This document shows positions 28,619 through 38,392 of a stretch of DNA of 59,526 bases, piece by piece. The translations under genes were made by a program, and so were the position numbers. Below the pieces are notes generated by a model, which was given only the letters and a program-made list of their open reading frames with translations, did no database searches and was not told where the DNA came from. Source of the stretch: Actinomycetota bacterium (GTDB taxonomy: Bacteria; Actinomycetota; Acidimicrobiia; Spongiisociales; UBA5794); NCBI GenBank assembly GCA_039715165.1, contig JBDLHX010000002.1, forward strand, positions 1 through 59,526, written 5' to 3'. Numbering within the stretch: the first letter of the stretch is position 1; the number at the start of each line of letters is the position of its first letter.

Positions 28619-29509
28619 CTAGAAGTGCCACGGGAAGCCGGTGTAGTCCTGGTTGCGCTTCTCGAGGAACGCGTCGCGTCCCTCCTGGGCCTCGGCGGTG
28701 CCGTAGGCGAGTCGTGTCGCCTCACCTGCGAAGAGCTGCTGGCCGACGATTCCGTCGTCCTGGAGGTTGAAGGCGTACTTGATCATCCGCTGCGCGGTCG
28801 GGCTCTTCGTCACGATCTCACCCGCCCACTCGAGGGCGACCGCCTCGAGGTCGGCGTGGTCGACGACGGCATTCACCATGCCCATCTCGAACGCCTCCTG
28901 CGCTGAGTAGTCGCGTCCGAGGAAGAAAATCTCCCGTGCCCGCTTCTGGCCCACCTGGCGGGCGAGCAGAGCCGAGCCGTAGCCCCCGTCGAACGAGGCG
29001 ACGTCGGCATCGGTCTGTTTGAACACAGCGTGTTGTTGGGAGGCGAGTGTGAGATCGCACACGACGTGGAGGCTGTGGCCTCCACCGACGGCCCAGCCGG
29101 GGACGACGGCGATCACGACCTTCGGCATGAAGCGGATGAGCCGCTGTACCTCGAGGATGTGGAGTCGACCGAGGCGGGCCGGGTCGATCCCCTCCGCACC
29201 TTCGTACTGGTAGCCGTCCGCTCCGCGGATGCGCTGATCGCCTCCCGAGCAGAACGCCCAGCCTCCGTCCTTCGGCGATGGGCCGTTTCCGGTGATGAGC
29301 ACGACACCGACATCCGAGGTCATGCGGGCATGGTCGAGTGCCCTGTACAACTCATCGACGGTGTGGGGCCGGAACGCGTTGCGCACCTCCGGCCGGTTGA
29401 ACGCTATGCGCACGGCGCCGATGCGGCGCGACCGGTGGTAGGTGATGTCGGTGAAGTCGAACCCTTCGACAGGGGTCCACTCCTCGGGTTTGAAGATCTC
29501 GGAAACCAC
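28619..29509 (-). CDS. menB: 1,4-dihydroxy-2-naphthoyl-CoA synthase
   Basis: Crotonase fold. RIAFNRPEVRNAF, AFCSGGDQ, VPGWAVGGGHSLHVVCD, and C-terminal EGRDAFLEKR. Confidence 0.95.
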   Translation of the reverse strand: MVSEIFKPEEWTPVEGFDFTDITYHRSRRIGAVRIAFNRPEVRNAFRPHTVDELYRALDHARMTSDVGVVLITGNGPSPKDGGWAFCSGGDQRIRGADGYQYEGAEGIDPARLGRLHILEVQRLIRFMPKVVIAVVPGWAVGGGHSLHVVCDLTLASQQHAVFKQTDADVASFDGGYGSALLARQVGQKRAREIFFLGRDYSAQEAFEMGMVNAVVDHADLEAVALEWAGEIVTKSPTAQRMIKYAFNLQDDGIVGQQLFAGEATRLAYGTAEAQEGRDAFLEKRNQDYTGFPWHF

Positions 29510-29523
29510 GAGGCGATACTGTA

Positions 29524-30798
29524 GTGAAGGTCATGACCGAGACTCGTGTGCCCGACTGGGTGAAGACGTGGGCGACCGTTGCGCCGGATTCACCGGCGCT
29601 GCTGTCGGACGACGAATCGTGGACGTACGCTGAGCTCGACGCGCAAGCGGACCAGTCGGCTCTGGCCCTCTTGGAACAAGGGATCGGCTCAGGATCTCTC
29701 TTGAGGTTCCCCTCTTCTGCGACTCCCGAGACGATCGTCTCTCTCGTCGGTGGTCGGCGCTCCGGAGCAACGCTCCTCGCCGTCCCTGCTGAGCGGGACA
29801 ATCCGCCGACGGAGTCCATGCCCCAGGCCTACGCCGTGGTCGCGACGTCGGGAAGCGGGGGGCACTCGAGAGTGGTCATCCTCACCGAAGGGAACGTGCT
29901 TGCGGCAGTCGCTGCATCCCAGAAGCGCATCGGCAACGACGAGTCCGACCGATGGTTGCTCTGTCTCCCACTTCATCACATCGCCGGGCTCTCCGTGATC
30001 TGGCGCTCGTTCGCGGCGGGCGGATCGGTCTTGATCCATGATCGGTTCGATGGAGACAGGGCGGCTGCGGCACTCAAGAACGGGGACGCGACGATTGCGA
30101 GCCTCGTGCCGACGATGCTTCATCGGATCCTTCGGGCCGACCCGGGCCCCTATCGCGGGGTGAAGGCGGTGTTGCTCGGCGGCGCTCCTGCCGGCACCGA
30201 CCTCGTCGGGCGTGCCCTCGATGCAGGACTGCCGATCCTCCAGACGTACGGCATGACCGAGGCATGTTCCCAGGTTGCGACCGTGGCTCCGGGCGAGGCC
30301 AACGAGGCGCGCGGTACCGCCGGGCGGCCGTTGGACGGCGTGGTTGTGACGATCGACGGCGGGGAGATCCTCGTGGACGGCCCCGCCGTGTCTCCCGGCT
30401 ATCTCGGAGAGCCGCCACGCGAAGGGCCGTTCCGGACCGGCGACCTCGGCCGATTCGACCACGACGGCCGTCTGATCGTCGAGGGCCGGATCGGCGGAGT
30501 CATCGTCACCGGCGGCGAGAACGTGCATCCCTCAACGGTGGAAGCGGCCCTCGAGGGACACCCGGCCGTCGGGGCAGCGGTGGTCCTCGGCGTCGAGGAC
30601 GAAGAGTGGGGCGAGATCGTCACCGCCGTGATTGAGGCGCCGACCGATGCTGTCGCGTCGATTGCTGCCCACGCCGAGCGGCATCTCGCTCGCCACGCGA
30701 TGCCGAAGCGCTGGGTCACGGTCGATACCGTCCCGCTCCTGGCGAACGGAAAGCCCGACCGCCCAGCGGTCCGGGAACTGCTCGACCCGGGGCACTGA
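29524..30798 (+). CDS. menE: o-succinylbenzoate-CoA ligase (AMP-binding family)
   Basis: AMP-binding motifs ATSGSGGHSRVV, QTYGMTE, GDLG...DGRL, GGENV. Sits divergent from menB. Start is GTG 29524 or ATG 29533. Confidence 0.8.
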   Translation: MKVMTETRVPDWVKTWATVAPDSPALLSDDESWTYAELDAQADQSALALLEQGIGSGSLLRFPSSATPETIVSLVGGRRSGATLLAVPAERDNPPTESMPQAYAVVATSGSGGHSRVVILTEGNVLAAVAASQKRIGNDESDRWLLCLPLHHIAGLSVIWRSFAAGGSVLIHDRFDGDRAAAALKNGDATIASLVPTMLHRILRADPGPYRGVKAVLLGGAPAGTDLVGRALDAGLPILQTYGMTEACSQVATVAPGEANEARGTAGRPLDGVVVTIDGGEILVDGPAVSPGYLGEPPREGPFRTGDLGRFDHDGRLIVEGRIGGVIVTGGENVHPSTVEAALEGHPAVGAAVVLGVEDEEWGEIVTAVIEAPTDAVASIAAHAERHLARHAMPKRWVTVDTVPLLANGKPDRPAVRELLDPGH

Positions 30799-30921
30799 AC
30801 GGGCGACTCGCCAAGACGAAGCGCAGTCTCCGACACACGTGAGGACCGGGCCGAGGCCGCAACGGTCACCGATCTCGCTGTTGCCCGGAATGCGGAGCGA
30901 TCAATTCGTGTTGCGAGTCCT

Positions 30922-31335
30922 ATGGCGGGAAAAGACCCGCCGCCTGGGGAGGTTCACATGTTCGACACGGTTGATTTCCATGCCACGTTGCCGGCCCGTG
31001 ACATCGATCGGGCGAAAGCTTGGTACGCAGAGAAGCTGGATCTGCGTCCCGTGGAGGAGGACGAGTTCGGTGGCGCGTGGTACGAGACGGGTGCCACACG
31101 CTTCTTGCTGTATCCCTCCGGATTCGCCGGGACGAACCAGGCGACTGCCGCGTCGTTCTCGTTCGAAGGGTTCGATGCCGCCATGGGTGTGTTGCGGAGT
31201 CGAGGGGTCACGTTTGACGAGTTCGACTACGACGACATGAAGACCGTGGACGGCGTGTTGGAGTTGCCCGATGGGCGAAGAGGCGCATGGTTCAAGGACA
31301 GCGAAGGCAACATCCTGAACATCCTCTCGGGATGA
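30922..31335 (+). CDS. VOC/glyoxalase-family protein
   Basis: HATLPARDIDRAKAWYAEKLDL and WFKDSEGNILNI are typical of the glyoxalase/bleomycin-resistance fold. ATG 30958 is an alternative start. Confidence 0.78.
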   Translation: MAGKDPPPGEVHMFDTVDFHATLPARDIDRAKAWYAEKLDLRPVEEDEFGGAWYETGATRFLLYPSGFAGTNQATAASFSFEGFDAAMGVLRSRGVTFDEFDYDDMKTVDGVLELPDGRRGAWFKDSEGNILNILSG

Positions 31336-31459
31336 TTCGATTCGATCACCCCTGGGCGATGTGAGCGTTCGTCAAGGGCGTCGCCCATGAGTCGCGTACG
31401 CATGATCGCCGAGCTGACGGTCCACGACGTTGAAGGAGTGCTGTGTCCGCGATCGGTCG

Positions 31460-32257
31460 TTAGCGGAGGTTGAGGGCCGCTTCTACGGTCTGCTGGAACG
31501 ATCCAGGCTGATCACTGAAGAGCGTCGCACCGTGTTCGAATGCCCGCTCGCGCAGTTCGCTCTGTCGTTCGGCGGCCCTTTGAGCTACCCCGTCGAAACC
31601 GGGGAAGTCGATGCACTCCTCGCACACGGCGAGAAGCACCGTGTGGTCGTGTTCGAGGCCGAGATCGTCACCGAGATCGAGGTACCCACTGATGAGCTTC
31701 TTCGGGGCCCCGAGGGCCTCGAGCTGATATCGGAGATACTTCGTTCGTCGCCGCCAGCCGTGGAACGCTTCGTCGGTGGCCGTCGCACTCACCCGCTCGA
31801 AGTCCACGAGGCCGCGGCGATAGGTGCGCCGGAGCCCGGCGCCGATCGAGGCTGCATCCGGACTCGACGACACGGTGATGCGCCAGCGCGCAGCAATCGC
31901 CTCGAGCCGCCGGCGACTCTGAATCCGTCCGCCCGACTCGAGTTCAGCGAGCGCGTCTCGGTGCCGGTCTGCGAGAACGTCGATGACGTCCTCGTCTGCT
32001 CCGAGACCGGACGCCGTCTCGATGAGGACGAACGCATCGCGTGCTGGGGCGAGGAGCCGGGCAGTGTCGCGCAGCGCAACGTTCTCGACGCGATAAGTCG
32101 TCGTGCCGATGGCCTTCCTGGCGAGCCGGAGATAGGAGCGCAGCCGTTTGATGCCCTTGCGAGTCGTGTGCACCGTCTCGTCGATGCTCTCCGGGTCGGC
32201 GAGGCCCTCGATGAGTCGCTCGAGGCGGCGGATTTCGTTCTTGGCCAGGTTCTTCAT
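31460..32257 (-). CDS. CHAD-domain protein
   Basis: VHTTRKGIKRLRSYLRL, FHGWRRRTKYLRYQLE, LGLEHD: repeated basic helices typical of CHAD. Confidence 0.85.
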   Translation of the reverse strand: MKNLAKNEIRRLERLIEGLADPESIDETVHTTRKGIKRLRSYLRLARKAIGTTTYRVENVALRDTARLLAPARDAFVLIETASGLGADEDVIDVLADRHRDALAELESGGRIQSRRRLEAIAARWRITVSSSPDAASIGAGLRRTYRRGLVDFERVSATATDEAFHGWRRRTKYLRYQLEALGAPKKLISGYLDLGDDLGLEHDHTVLLAVCEECIDFPGFDGVAQRAAERQSELRERAFEHGATLFSDQPGSFQQTVEAALNLR

Positions 32258-35200
32258 GGATTCACCAGGGGTGCGATCTGGGCGAAATCGTCGTCGGAGA
32301 GGTCATCGACCGAGCCGGTGGACACCGGATCGTACTCCAACAGCATCGCCTCCTGACCTCCCCGCTCGATTGCAAGGAGGTCGATGATCCGCGTTCCGTT
32401 GATCGAGCCGTCGCTTCCGCCGAACCGCCATTGCTCGGCGTTGGCTTCGACGTCCCGAACTCGCCGAACGCCACTCGACGGAAAGCCCTCCTGCCCCAGG
32501 ACGGCGACGGCGTAGGCCCATTCGGATGGGTCGCCGTCTCCGAAGAGCTCCTTGGGGATGCGGGCCGTGACGCGGCCCTTGTCCGAGAAGACGAGCACCG
32601 TGAAAGTCGGCTCCGTCTCAGATGTGGACCCATCCGCCTCCGCCACGTAGAGGGCCGGATACCAGCCTTCGATCGTCAGGGCGCGATCCCATCCGGATCC
32701 CGATTGCCATGCGGCGTTCCTTCCGTCGAGGAATCGGCGCGCCCCGTTCGTTGTACCGGGGTCGGTGTCGACGTAGACGTCGAACGTCTGGATCGACAGG
32801 CCGTTCGGACTATCCCACGGGTTGAGGACGGGGGCGAGGACCTCGAACGTGAAGACGAGACTGTCGCCGGATTCCCCGACGCTGAAGTGGGTGAGGTCGT
32901 ACGAACCCGGGGTGAAGAGCGGCTCGGTCGGGTACGTGTAGGCACCGGGGCCATGATCGTCGCCTTCTGGATCTGCGGCCTCGAATACGATCGCGACGTC
33001 GGAGATGTCCGGTACCACCATTGCTCCGGGTCCCCCGAGGGGTGCCATGGAACCCTCCGGCCCGCCGTGACGATCGAGGAGAGCGAAGCGAACCGGGTCG
33101 CCGACCTCGATGGGGCCGAGGCTCGAGAGCGGGATCGAGAACTCGATGCGTCGTCCGTCGAAACCGGCGTCGAGGAGTTCGGGCTCTGGGAGCGTTCCCG
33201 GATCGACGAAGCCGTCTCCGGTGCCGACCGACGGCAGCGGGATCGGCGCACGCACCGTGACCGGGTCCGTGCCTCTCCAAGAGACGAGATGACTCGCTTC
33301 GAACCCGATGACCGTTCCTCCGACGGTGAGCCCCCGCGTCTCGGACGCGCTCGGGACTCCCAGGTAGAGATCGAACTCGGCGGCATCGTCGCCGAGCACA
33401 TCCTCCGCGTAGTCGACGCGGATCTGGAGGCGGTTCTTGTCGTACAGCCATTGGAACGCGGCGAAAGGTGCTTCCTCGATCGTGTAGAGGCCGGCGGTCT
33501 CCCATTCGGCGTTATCGACATCAACGTCGATCGTCACCGTTCCGATGCCGTCCGCTGAACGGTCGGGAGCCACGGTCGACGCCGGGATGATGGGAATGCT
33601 CACGAACGCCGGTCGGTCGATCTCGAGAGCGTCGTAGACCCGTCCCAGGAGCTCCCGGAACGCCCCGTCGAAGTAGCCGTCATCACCGGAATCCTGGTCC
33701 GATCCGTACCACCAGAACCAGTCGGAACCTTCTGCGAACAGCATCTGCTCGAGTGCCACAGAGAGCTGCTCCTCGGTGGCACTGCCGCCGTTCGCGGCGT
33801 TCTTGTAGGCGCGCCGGGTGGTCCACAACGCATCCCACGCCGCCGCCTCTTCCCTCTCGCCGATCCACGTCGCGAAGTTCGGCTGGAACCACGAAGCGGG
33901 GAAGACATCCGGGAGGGGCGCGACGTGCTCTCCGAACTGGGAGAGGAGCTCACTTGGCGTGACCGTCGTCACGAAGTCTGAGATCGAGAGACTCGCGTAG
34001 AGGGCGTTGAGGAACTCCTTGCCGTCGTTCGGGTAGTGCTCCCAAGCGTTCTCACCGTCGACGACGATCGTCAGCACCTTGGGGCCCTCAACGCCGAGCT
34101 CGGTGAGCCGCTTGTCGACGTTGCGGAGGCGGTTCATGAAGTCATCCGCCGCTGCGCCGCCCGACATGCCGGAGTATTCGAATCCGATGAGGTCCGAGAG
34201 GGTGACGTCTCTGAAGAAGATCGGGAGCTGGGGGTTCCGCGTGTGTTGCGCCGCGTACATCCGATAGAGGAGATCTGCGTCGACCACCGTGTCGTTCGAG
34301 TCTCGCTCGAACGAGCCGTGGTCGAGCGTCTCGCCCAGCACATGTTCGCCGGTCGCGATCCACTCGACGCCTTCGCCGGCCCAGATCGACGTGACCTCCT
34401 GGGCGACCGATCCTTCGCCGGGCCACATCCCCGTCGGACGTCGGCCGAGCAGGCGTTCGGCGACGTCGAGACCGCGAGTCACGTGCTCGCGTGCATCGAG
34501 CGGCTCACGGAAGCGCTCGGCCGGCATTGCCGCCGTCGGATCGCCCTCGAGAGCGAGATTCGTGTCGAGGAGGAGTGGAAGGATTGGATGGGCGAGCGGC
34601 GTCGTCGTCACTTCGATTTGGCCGGCGGCCCAGAGCTCCTTGTGGATGTCGAAGGTCCGCTCCACCGCGTCGAGGTGGGCGTCGAGTACGGGCTGCTTGT
34701 CGTCTTCGGCGAAGTCCCTGCCTTTGTCGACGAGGACGGCGAGACCCGGCTCGTCGAGGATGTCGGGGTCGGTCCAGGCGAGGTTGAAGAGGACCTGGAG
34801 ATCGAGGTAGTCCTGTGCCGCGAATTCATCGCCTGTGGTCCTCATATCGGCGAGTTCCTGATACCGGGGGAACCGGGAGATGATGTTCGGGTTCACGTCG
34901 AAGAACCGTGCGAGGAGGAAGGCCTGCTCATCGTCGGTGAGGCGACCCGCCGGGATCTCCGTGTGCGACCAGTAGATGTCCCTCGTTCCGTTCAGGATCT
35001 CCTCGAGCTGGAGGAGCAGCACGGGCGTGAGGTTGAACGAGACGCGCAGATCCGGGTAGCGGCCGACGAGCTCCGCCATGTCCCAGTAATCCTTGGCGGC
35101 ATGGAGGCGGACCCACGGGCGTGTGACGACGCCGTCTTCGTTCTTCGGGTACAGCGGCTGGTGCTGGTGCCACAGAAGAACGAGGTAGAAGCCGTCTTCG

Positions 35201-35403
35201 TCGAGCGGCGGACGCGTCGGCACCGTGGTGGTGGTCGTCGTGATCGTCTCATCGGTCACCGTCGATGTCGTCGTGGTGGCGTCTTCGGCTCCGTTGCATC
35301 CCCCGGCGAGGACAGCAAGCGTCAGGATTACTACGGCGAGACGCCCGATCTTCCTGTTGCCCGTTGCCTGTTGCTCGTCAGCCTTCATCCCGTCACCCAT
35401 CAC
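32254..35403 (-). CDS. exported glycoside hydrolase family 57 lipoprotein with large C-terminal beta-rich (glucodextranase-like) region
   Basis: Lipobox LAVLAGGC and a Thr-rich linker. GH57 core LLWHQHQPLYP...RLHAAKDYWDM...SFNLTPVLLLQLEE...DGENAWEHY. Start is probably ATG 35388 or 35403. Confidence 0.85.
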   Translation of the reverse strand: MMGDGMKADEQQATGNRKIGRLAVVILTLAVLAGGCNGAEDATTTTSTVTDETITTTTTTVPTRPPLDEDGFYLVLLWHQHQPLYPKNEDGVVTRPWVRLHAAKDYWDMAELVGRYPDLRVSFNLTPVLLLQLEEILNGTRDIYWSHTEIPAGRLTDDEQAFLLARFFDVNPNIISRFPRYQELADMRTTGDEFAAQDYLDLQVLFNLAWTDPDILDEPGLAVLVDKGRDFAEDDKQPVLDAHLDAVERTFDIHKELWAAGQIEVTTTPLAHPILPLLLDTNLALEGDPTAAMPAERFREPLDAREHVTRGLDVAERLLGRRPTGMWPGEGSVAQEVTSIWAGEGVEWIATGEHVLGETLDHGSFERDSNDTVVDADLLYRMYAAQHTRNPQLPIFFRDVTLSDLIGFEYSGMSGGAAADDFMNRLRNVDKRLTELGVEGPKVLTIVVDGENAWEHYPNDGKEFLNALYASLSISDFVTTVTPSELLSQFGEHVAPLPDVFPASWFQPNFATWIGEREEAAAWDALWTTRRAYKNAANGGSATEEQLSVALEQMLFAEGSDWFWWYGSDQDSGDDGYFDGAFRELLGRVYDALEIDRPAFVSIPIIPASTVAPDRSADGIGTVTIDVDVDNAEWETAGLYTIEEAPFAAFQWLYDKNRLQIRVDYAEDVLGDDAAEFDLYLGVPSASETRGLTVGGTVIGFEASHLVSWRGTDPVTVRAPIPLPSVGTGDGFVDPGTLPEPELLDAGFDGRRIEFSIPLSSLGPIEVGDPVRFALLDRHGGPEGSMAPLGGPGAMVVPDISDVAIVFEAADPEGDDHGPGAYTYPTEPLFTPGSYDLTHFSVGESGDSLVFTFEVLAPVLNPWDSPNGLSIQTFDVYVDTDPGTTNGARRFLDGRNAAWQSGSGWDRALTIEGWYPALYVAEADGSTSETEPTFTVLVFSDKGRVTARIPKELFGDGDPSEWAYAVAVLGQEGFPSSGVRRVRDVEANAEQWRFGGSDGSINGTRIIDLLAIERGGQEAMLLEYDPVSTGSVDDLSDDDFAQIAPLVNP

Positions 35404-35414
35404 CCGCCACTCCT

Positions 35415-37370
35415 TCAGCTCTTCAACCCCAGATTCTCCAGATACGCGTCTGTCGACGGCTCCCGGCCGAGGAACGCGCGAAGGTGCTCGACTGCATCCC
35501 GCGAATAGCCGCGAGCAAGAACCTCGCTGCGGTACCGGGCCCCGACCTCCGGACTGAGAATTCCCTCGCTCGAGAACACCGAGAACATGTCATCGCCGTA
35601 GACCTTCGCCCATTGGTAGCCGTAGTACCCGGCGTCGTAGCCACCCATGATGTGCCCGAAGGACGCCGCGAAGTTCGTCCCCTCGTGATACGGGAGCAGC
35701 GTCAGCGCAAACGTCTCACGGGACGAACGATCGAGGTCGACGTCGCCGTTGCCCGAATGGATCTCGAGATCGAAGACGCCGAAGTGCACCTGCCGAAGCG
35801 TCGACAGGGCGATGTTCTGATCTCGTGCAGCGACGAGACGCTCAACGAGATCGGGCGGGATCGCCTCTCCGGTCTCATAGTGACGGGCGAAGCGTCCGAG
35901 CACGCTCGGCTCCCACGTCCAGTGCTCCATGATCTGTGAAGGCGCCTCGACGAAGTCCCACTCCGTTTCGTATCCGGCGAAGCGCGGATGATCCACTTCG
36001 GTCAGGCAGAAGTGCAGAGCGTGCCCGAACTCGTGGAACAGCGTGACCGCCTCATCGTGCTTGAGCAGGGACGGTGAGTCGGGTCCCGGCTTCGTGAAGT
36101 TCGCGACAACGGCGGCGATGGGCTTCCGGTACTCGCCGTTCTCCCGGCGGTACCCGCCGGTTATCGAGAAGCATGCCGCGTGACCGAACTTGCCGTCGCG
36201 GGGGAAGAGATCGAGATAGAAGAAGGCAATTGGCTCGGCCGACCCCGAGTTGCGTATCTCATAGACCTTCACGTCCTCGTGCCAGGCGAGCGTCTCTTCC
36301 ACCTCTCCGTATTCGAGGCCGAACACCTCTCCTGTGACCTCGAACATGCCGTTGATGACGGTCTCGAGCGGGAAGTACTCGGCGACCTCGTTCTGGTCGA
36401 TGCCGTACTCGCGTTTCCTTTGAAGGGTGTGGTAGTACGTCCAATCCCAGGCCTGGATCGGCTCGTCTCCGAGGTCGGCCGACGCGAGATCCGACAGCGC
36501 CGCGAGCTCCGCCTCTCCGCGGGACGTGAGCCCAGGCACGATCGACGCGTAGAGCTCGTCGACCCTCGCGGGGTCGGCCATCTTGATCTCCATCGCGTGC
36601 TCGGCCCAGGTTTCGTAGCCGAGGAGGGCGGCGATGCTCTCGCGGATCGAAACGGCTTCGGTGAGGAGTGGAGTGTTCTCCGATGCTGCGCGGTTCCAGA
36701 ACTTGAACTGCATCTGCCTCCGCAGGTCGCGGTTCTCCGCCTCCTCGATGAACGGGATGTAGTCCGGGTACTTCATCGAGACCCGGTACGTGCCGTCGGC
36801 GGAGCCCGGCTCGAGGCGATCGACGTATGAGGCGGTCAGACCGGCAAGCTCGTCGCGCGTCATCTCGATCCCGTCGTCCCACTCGTCGAGATTGCGGCCG
36901 AACGCGACCTGAAGCTCGATGAGGCGCTGGCGGAGCTCACGGAGACGTTCCCGGTCTTCGTCCGCGAGGTCATGTCCGGCACGGCGGAGGTCCCTGAGCC
37001 AGAAGGCGAGGTTGCGGGCGTCGAGGCCGTCGAGACTCGCTGCCTCGCCCGTTGCCGCGAACTCGCGTACCGCCGCCGCGAGATCGGACCGCATCATGAG
37101 ATCAGCGCCCCACTTGGCCAGCCGCTCCTCAGCAGCGACACCGGCCGACCGCACCTCGGCGTCCGGGTGAACCCGTGCCATGAACGCACCGCGGCCGGAT
37201 GCGTCGGAGACGGCAATCCCGGCGCCGTCGAGTGGAGCAAGCGTGTTCGCGTAGGTGCGCGGCTCGCTCACTGCTACGACCCGATCGACCGCCCGGTCGG
37301 CATCGGAGAGGGCATCCTCGGTGAGCGCAGTGACGGCTTCTGCAGTGACGGTGGTGTAATCGTGAAGCAT
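35415..37370 (-). CDS. M3-family zinc metallopeptidase (oligopeptidase / Dcp-like)
   Basis: HEFGHALH zinc motif within a 651-aa M3-like sequence. Confidence 0.92.
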   Translation of the reverse strand: MLHDYTTVTAEAVTALTEDALSDADRAVDRVVAVSEPRTYANTLAPLDGAGIAVSDASGRGAFMARVHPDAEVRSAGVAAEERLAKWGADLMMRSDLAAAVREFAATGEAASLDGLDARNLAFWLRDLRRAGHDLADEDRERLRELRQRLIELQVAFGRNLDEWDDGIEMTRDELAGLTASYVDRLEPGSADGTYRVSMKYPDYIPFIEEAENRDLRRQMQFKFWNRAASENTPLLTEAVSIRESIAALLGYETWAEHAMEIKMADPARVDELYASIVPGLTSRGEAELAALSDLASADLGDEPIQAWDWTYYHTLQRKREYGIDQNEVAEYFPLETVINGMFEVTGEVFGLEYGEVEETLAWHEDVKVYEIRNSGSAEPIAFFYLDLFPRDGKFGHAACFSITGGYRRENGEYRKPIAAVVANFTKPGPDSPSLLKHDEAVTLFHEFGHALHFCLTEVDHPRFAGYETEWDFVEAPSQIMEHWTWEPSVLGRFARHYETGEAIPPDLVERLVAARDQNIALSTLRQVHFGVFDLEIHSGNGDVDLDRSSRETFALTLLPYHEGTNFAASFGHIMGGYDAGYYGYQWAKVYGDDMFSVFSSEGILSPEVGARYRSEVLARGYSRDAVEHLRAFLGREPSTDAYLENLGLKS

Positions 37371-37420
37371 GCCCGCAAGGGTACCGGGGGATGCGGGGCT
37401 GTCCTCGGCGTCGGCTGCGT

Positions 37421-38392
37421 CTACGCGTCGGCCGGAGCGACGTCGAAGACCAGCGGGAGACGCTCGGCTCCCAGATCAGGGCCAACCTTGCGGCGGGGGA
37501 CTGTGATATCGCCGGCGTAGAGAGCATGATCGAGCGGGAGGCCGACATACGATCCAACGATGGGCCAGGTGAGGGGTGGCCACGTGGCCGCATATCCAAA
37601 CCCGTTCTCGCTGTTCACCAAGCCCTCCGAGAGCTGCGCAAACGCGTTCGACCAACGGGATGTGTTGAGGTTGCCGGCGACGACGATCGGGCCGTCGGCG
37701 GCGATGGCGGCTGCATTCACGGATGCGAAGCGCTCGAGGCGCCGATCTGCCTCGCCGCTCGAATCCGGCCGATGTTCTGCGAGGCCGATCACGGTCAGCG
37801 TCTGCGACCCGTTCACCACGCGAAGCGTCACATCGGTGCCCTCCACGGTGGGTGTCATCGACACCGAGGTACCGGATCGCGCCAGGACGAGCGTCCCGAT
37901 CGTCCGCTCATCGTCCGGCTGTCCGATGATCGTGTACGGCGCACCGGTGATGGAAAGTGTGTCGACCCACCACCCATCCGTGTTGAAGATGACCGCGACG
38001 TCGGCTTCCTCGCCGTCGATCCATTCGATCGTCGCTCGCCGGTAGTCGCCCGGACCGCCGGCGTCGAATGTGGCGAGACGAATGCGATCGCTCGACGAGA
38101 CGTCCGCCTGCGTCGACAGCCACATCGGTGCGAGAAGAACAGCGTTGACGACCGCCGCGAGGAGGAATACCGCTGAGAGGGCACGCCGGAAGACGAGGCC
38201 GTAGATGATCGACGTGACGGTGAGGAGGACGAAGAGCGAGAGACGCCAATCGGCGACGCCGTCGAAGCCCCACCAGCGGCCCCCGAAGAAGCCCGCAATG
38301 GTGGCGAGGGTCGCAATCGCACCCACGGCGAACAAGAGCGCCGAGAGGAACTTCCGACCTGGTCCAGTGTGAATAGAGCTACTTCCAACCAT
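37421..38392 (-). CDS. polytopic membrane protein with degenerate endonuclease/exonuclease/phosphatase (EEP)-like domain
   Basis: ATG at 38392 overlaps the upstream stop by 1 nt. Three or four N-terminal TM helices. EEP-like layout (VVAGNLN, LPLDHAL, C-terminal ...LPLVFDV), but the usual catalytic residues are substituted (see findings). Confidence 0.55.
   Translation of the reverse strand: MVGSSSIHTGPGRKFLSALLFAVGAIATLATIAGFFGGRWWGFDGVADWRLSLFVLLTVTSIIYGLVFRRALSAVFLLAAVVNAVLLAPMWLSTQADVSSSDRIRLATFDAGGPGDYRRATIEWIDGEEADVAVIFNTDGWWVDTLSITGAPYTIIGQPDDERTIGTLVLARSGTSVSMTPTVEGTDVTLRVVNGSQTLTVIGLAEHRPDSSGEADRRLERFASVNAAAIAADGPIVVAGNLNTSRWSNAFAQLSEGLVNSENGFGYAATWPPLTWPIVGSYVGLPLDHALYAGDITVPRRKVGPDLGAERLPLVFDVAPADA

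Noticed and set aside
27307-28725. 472-aa version of the menA ORF, extending across the 436-bp spacer into menB.
   Set aside because: The extra 180 N-terminal residues are Arg/Pro/His-rich with no recognisable domain and overlap the menB coding end. The MenA homology begins at LKAWVLASRP, which gives a protein of about 292 aa, a typical MenA length.
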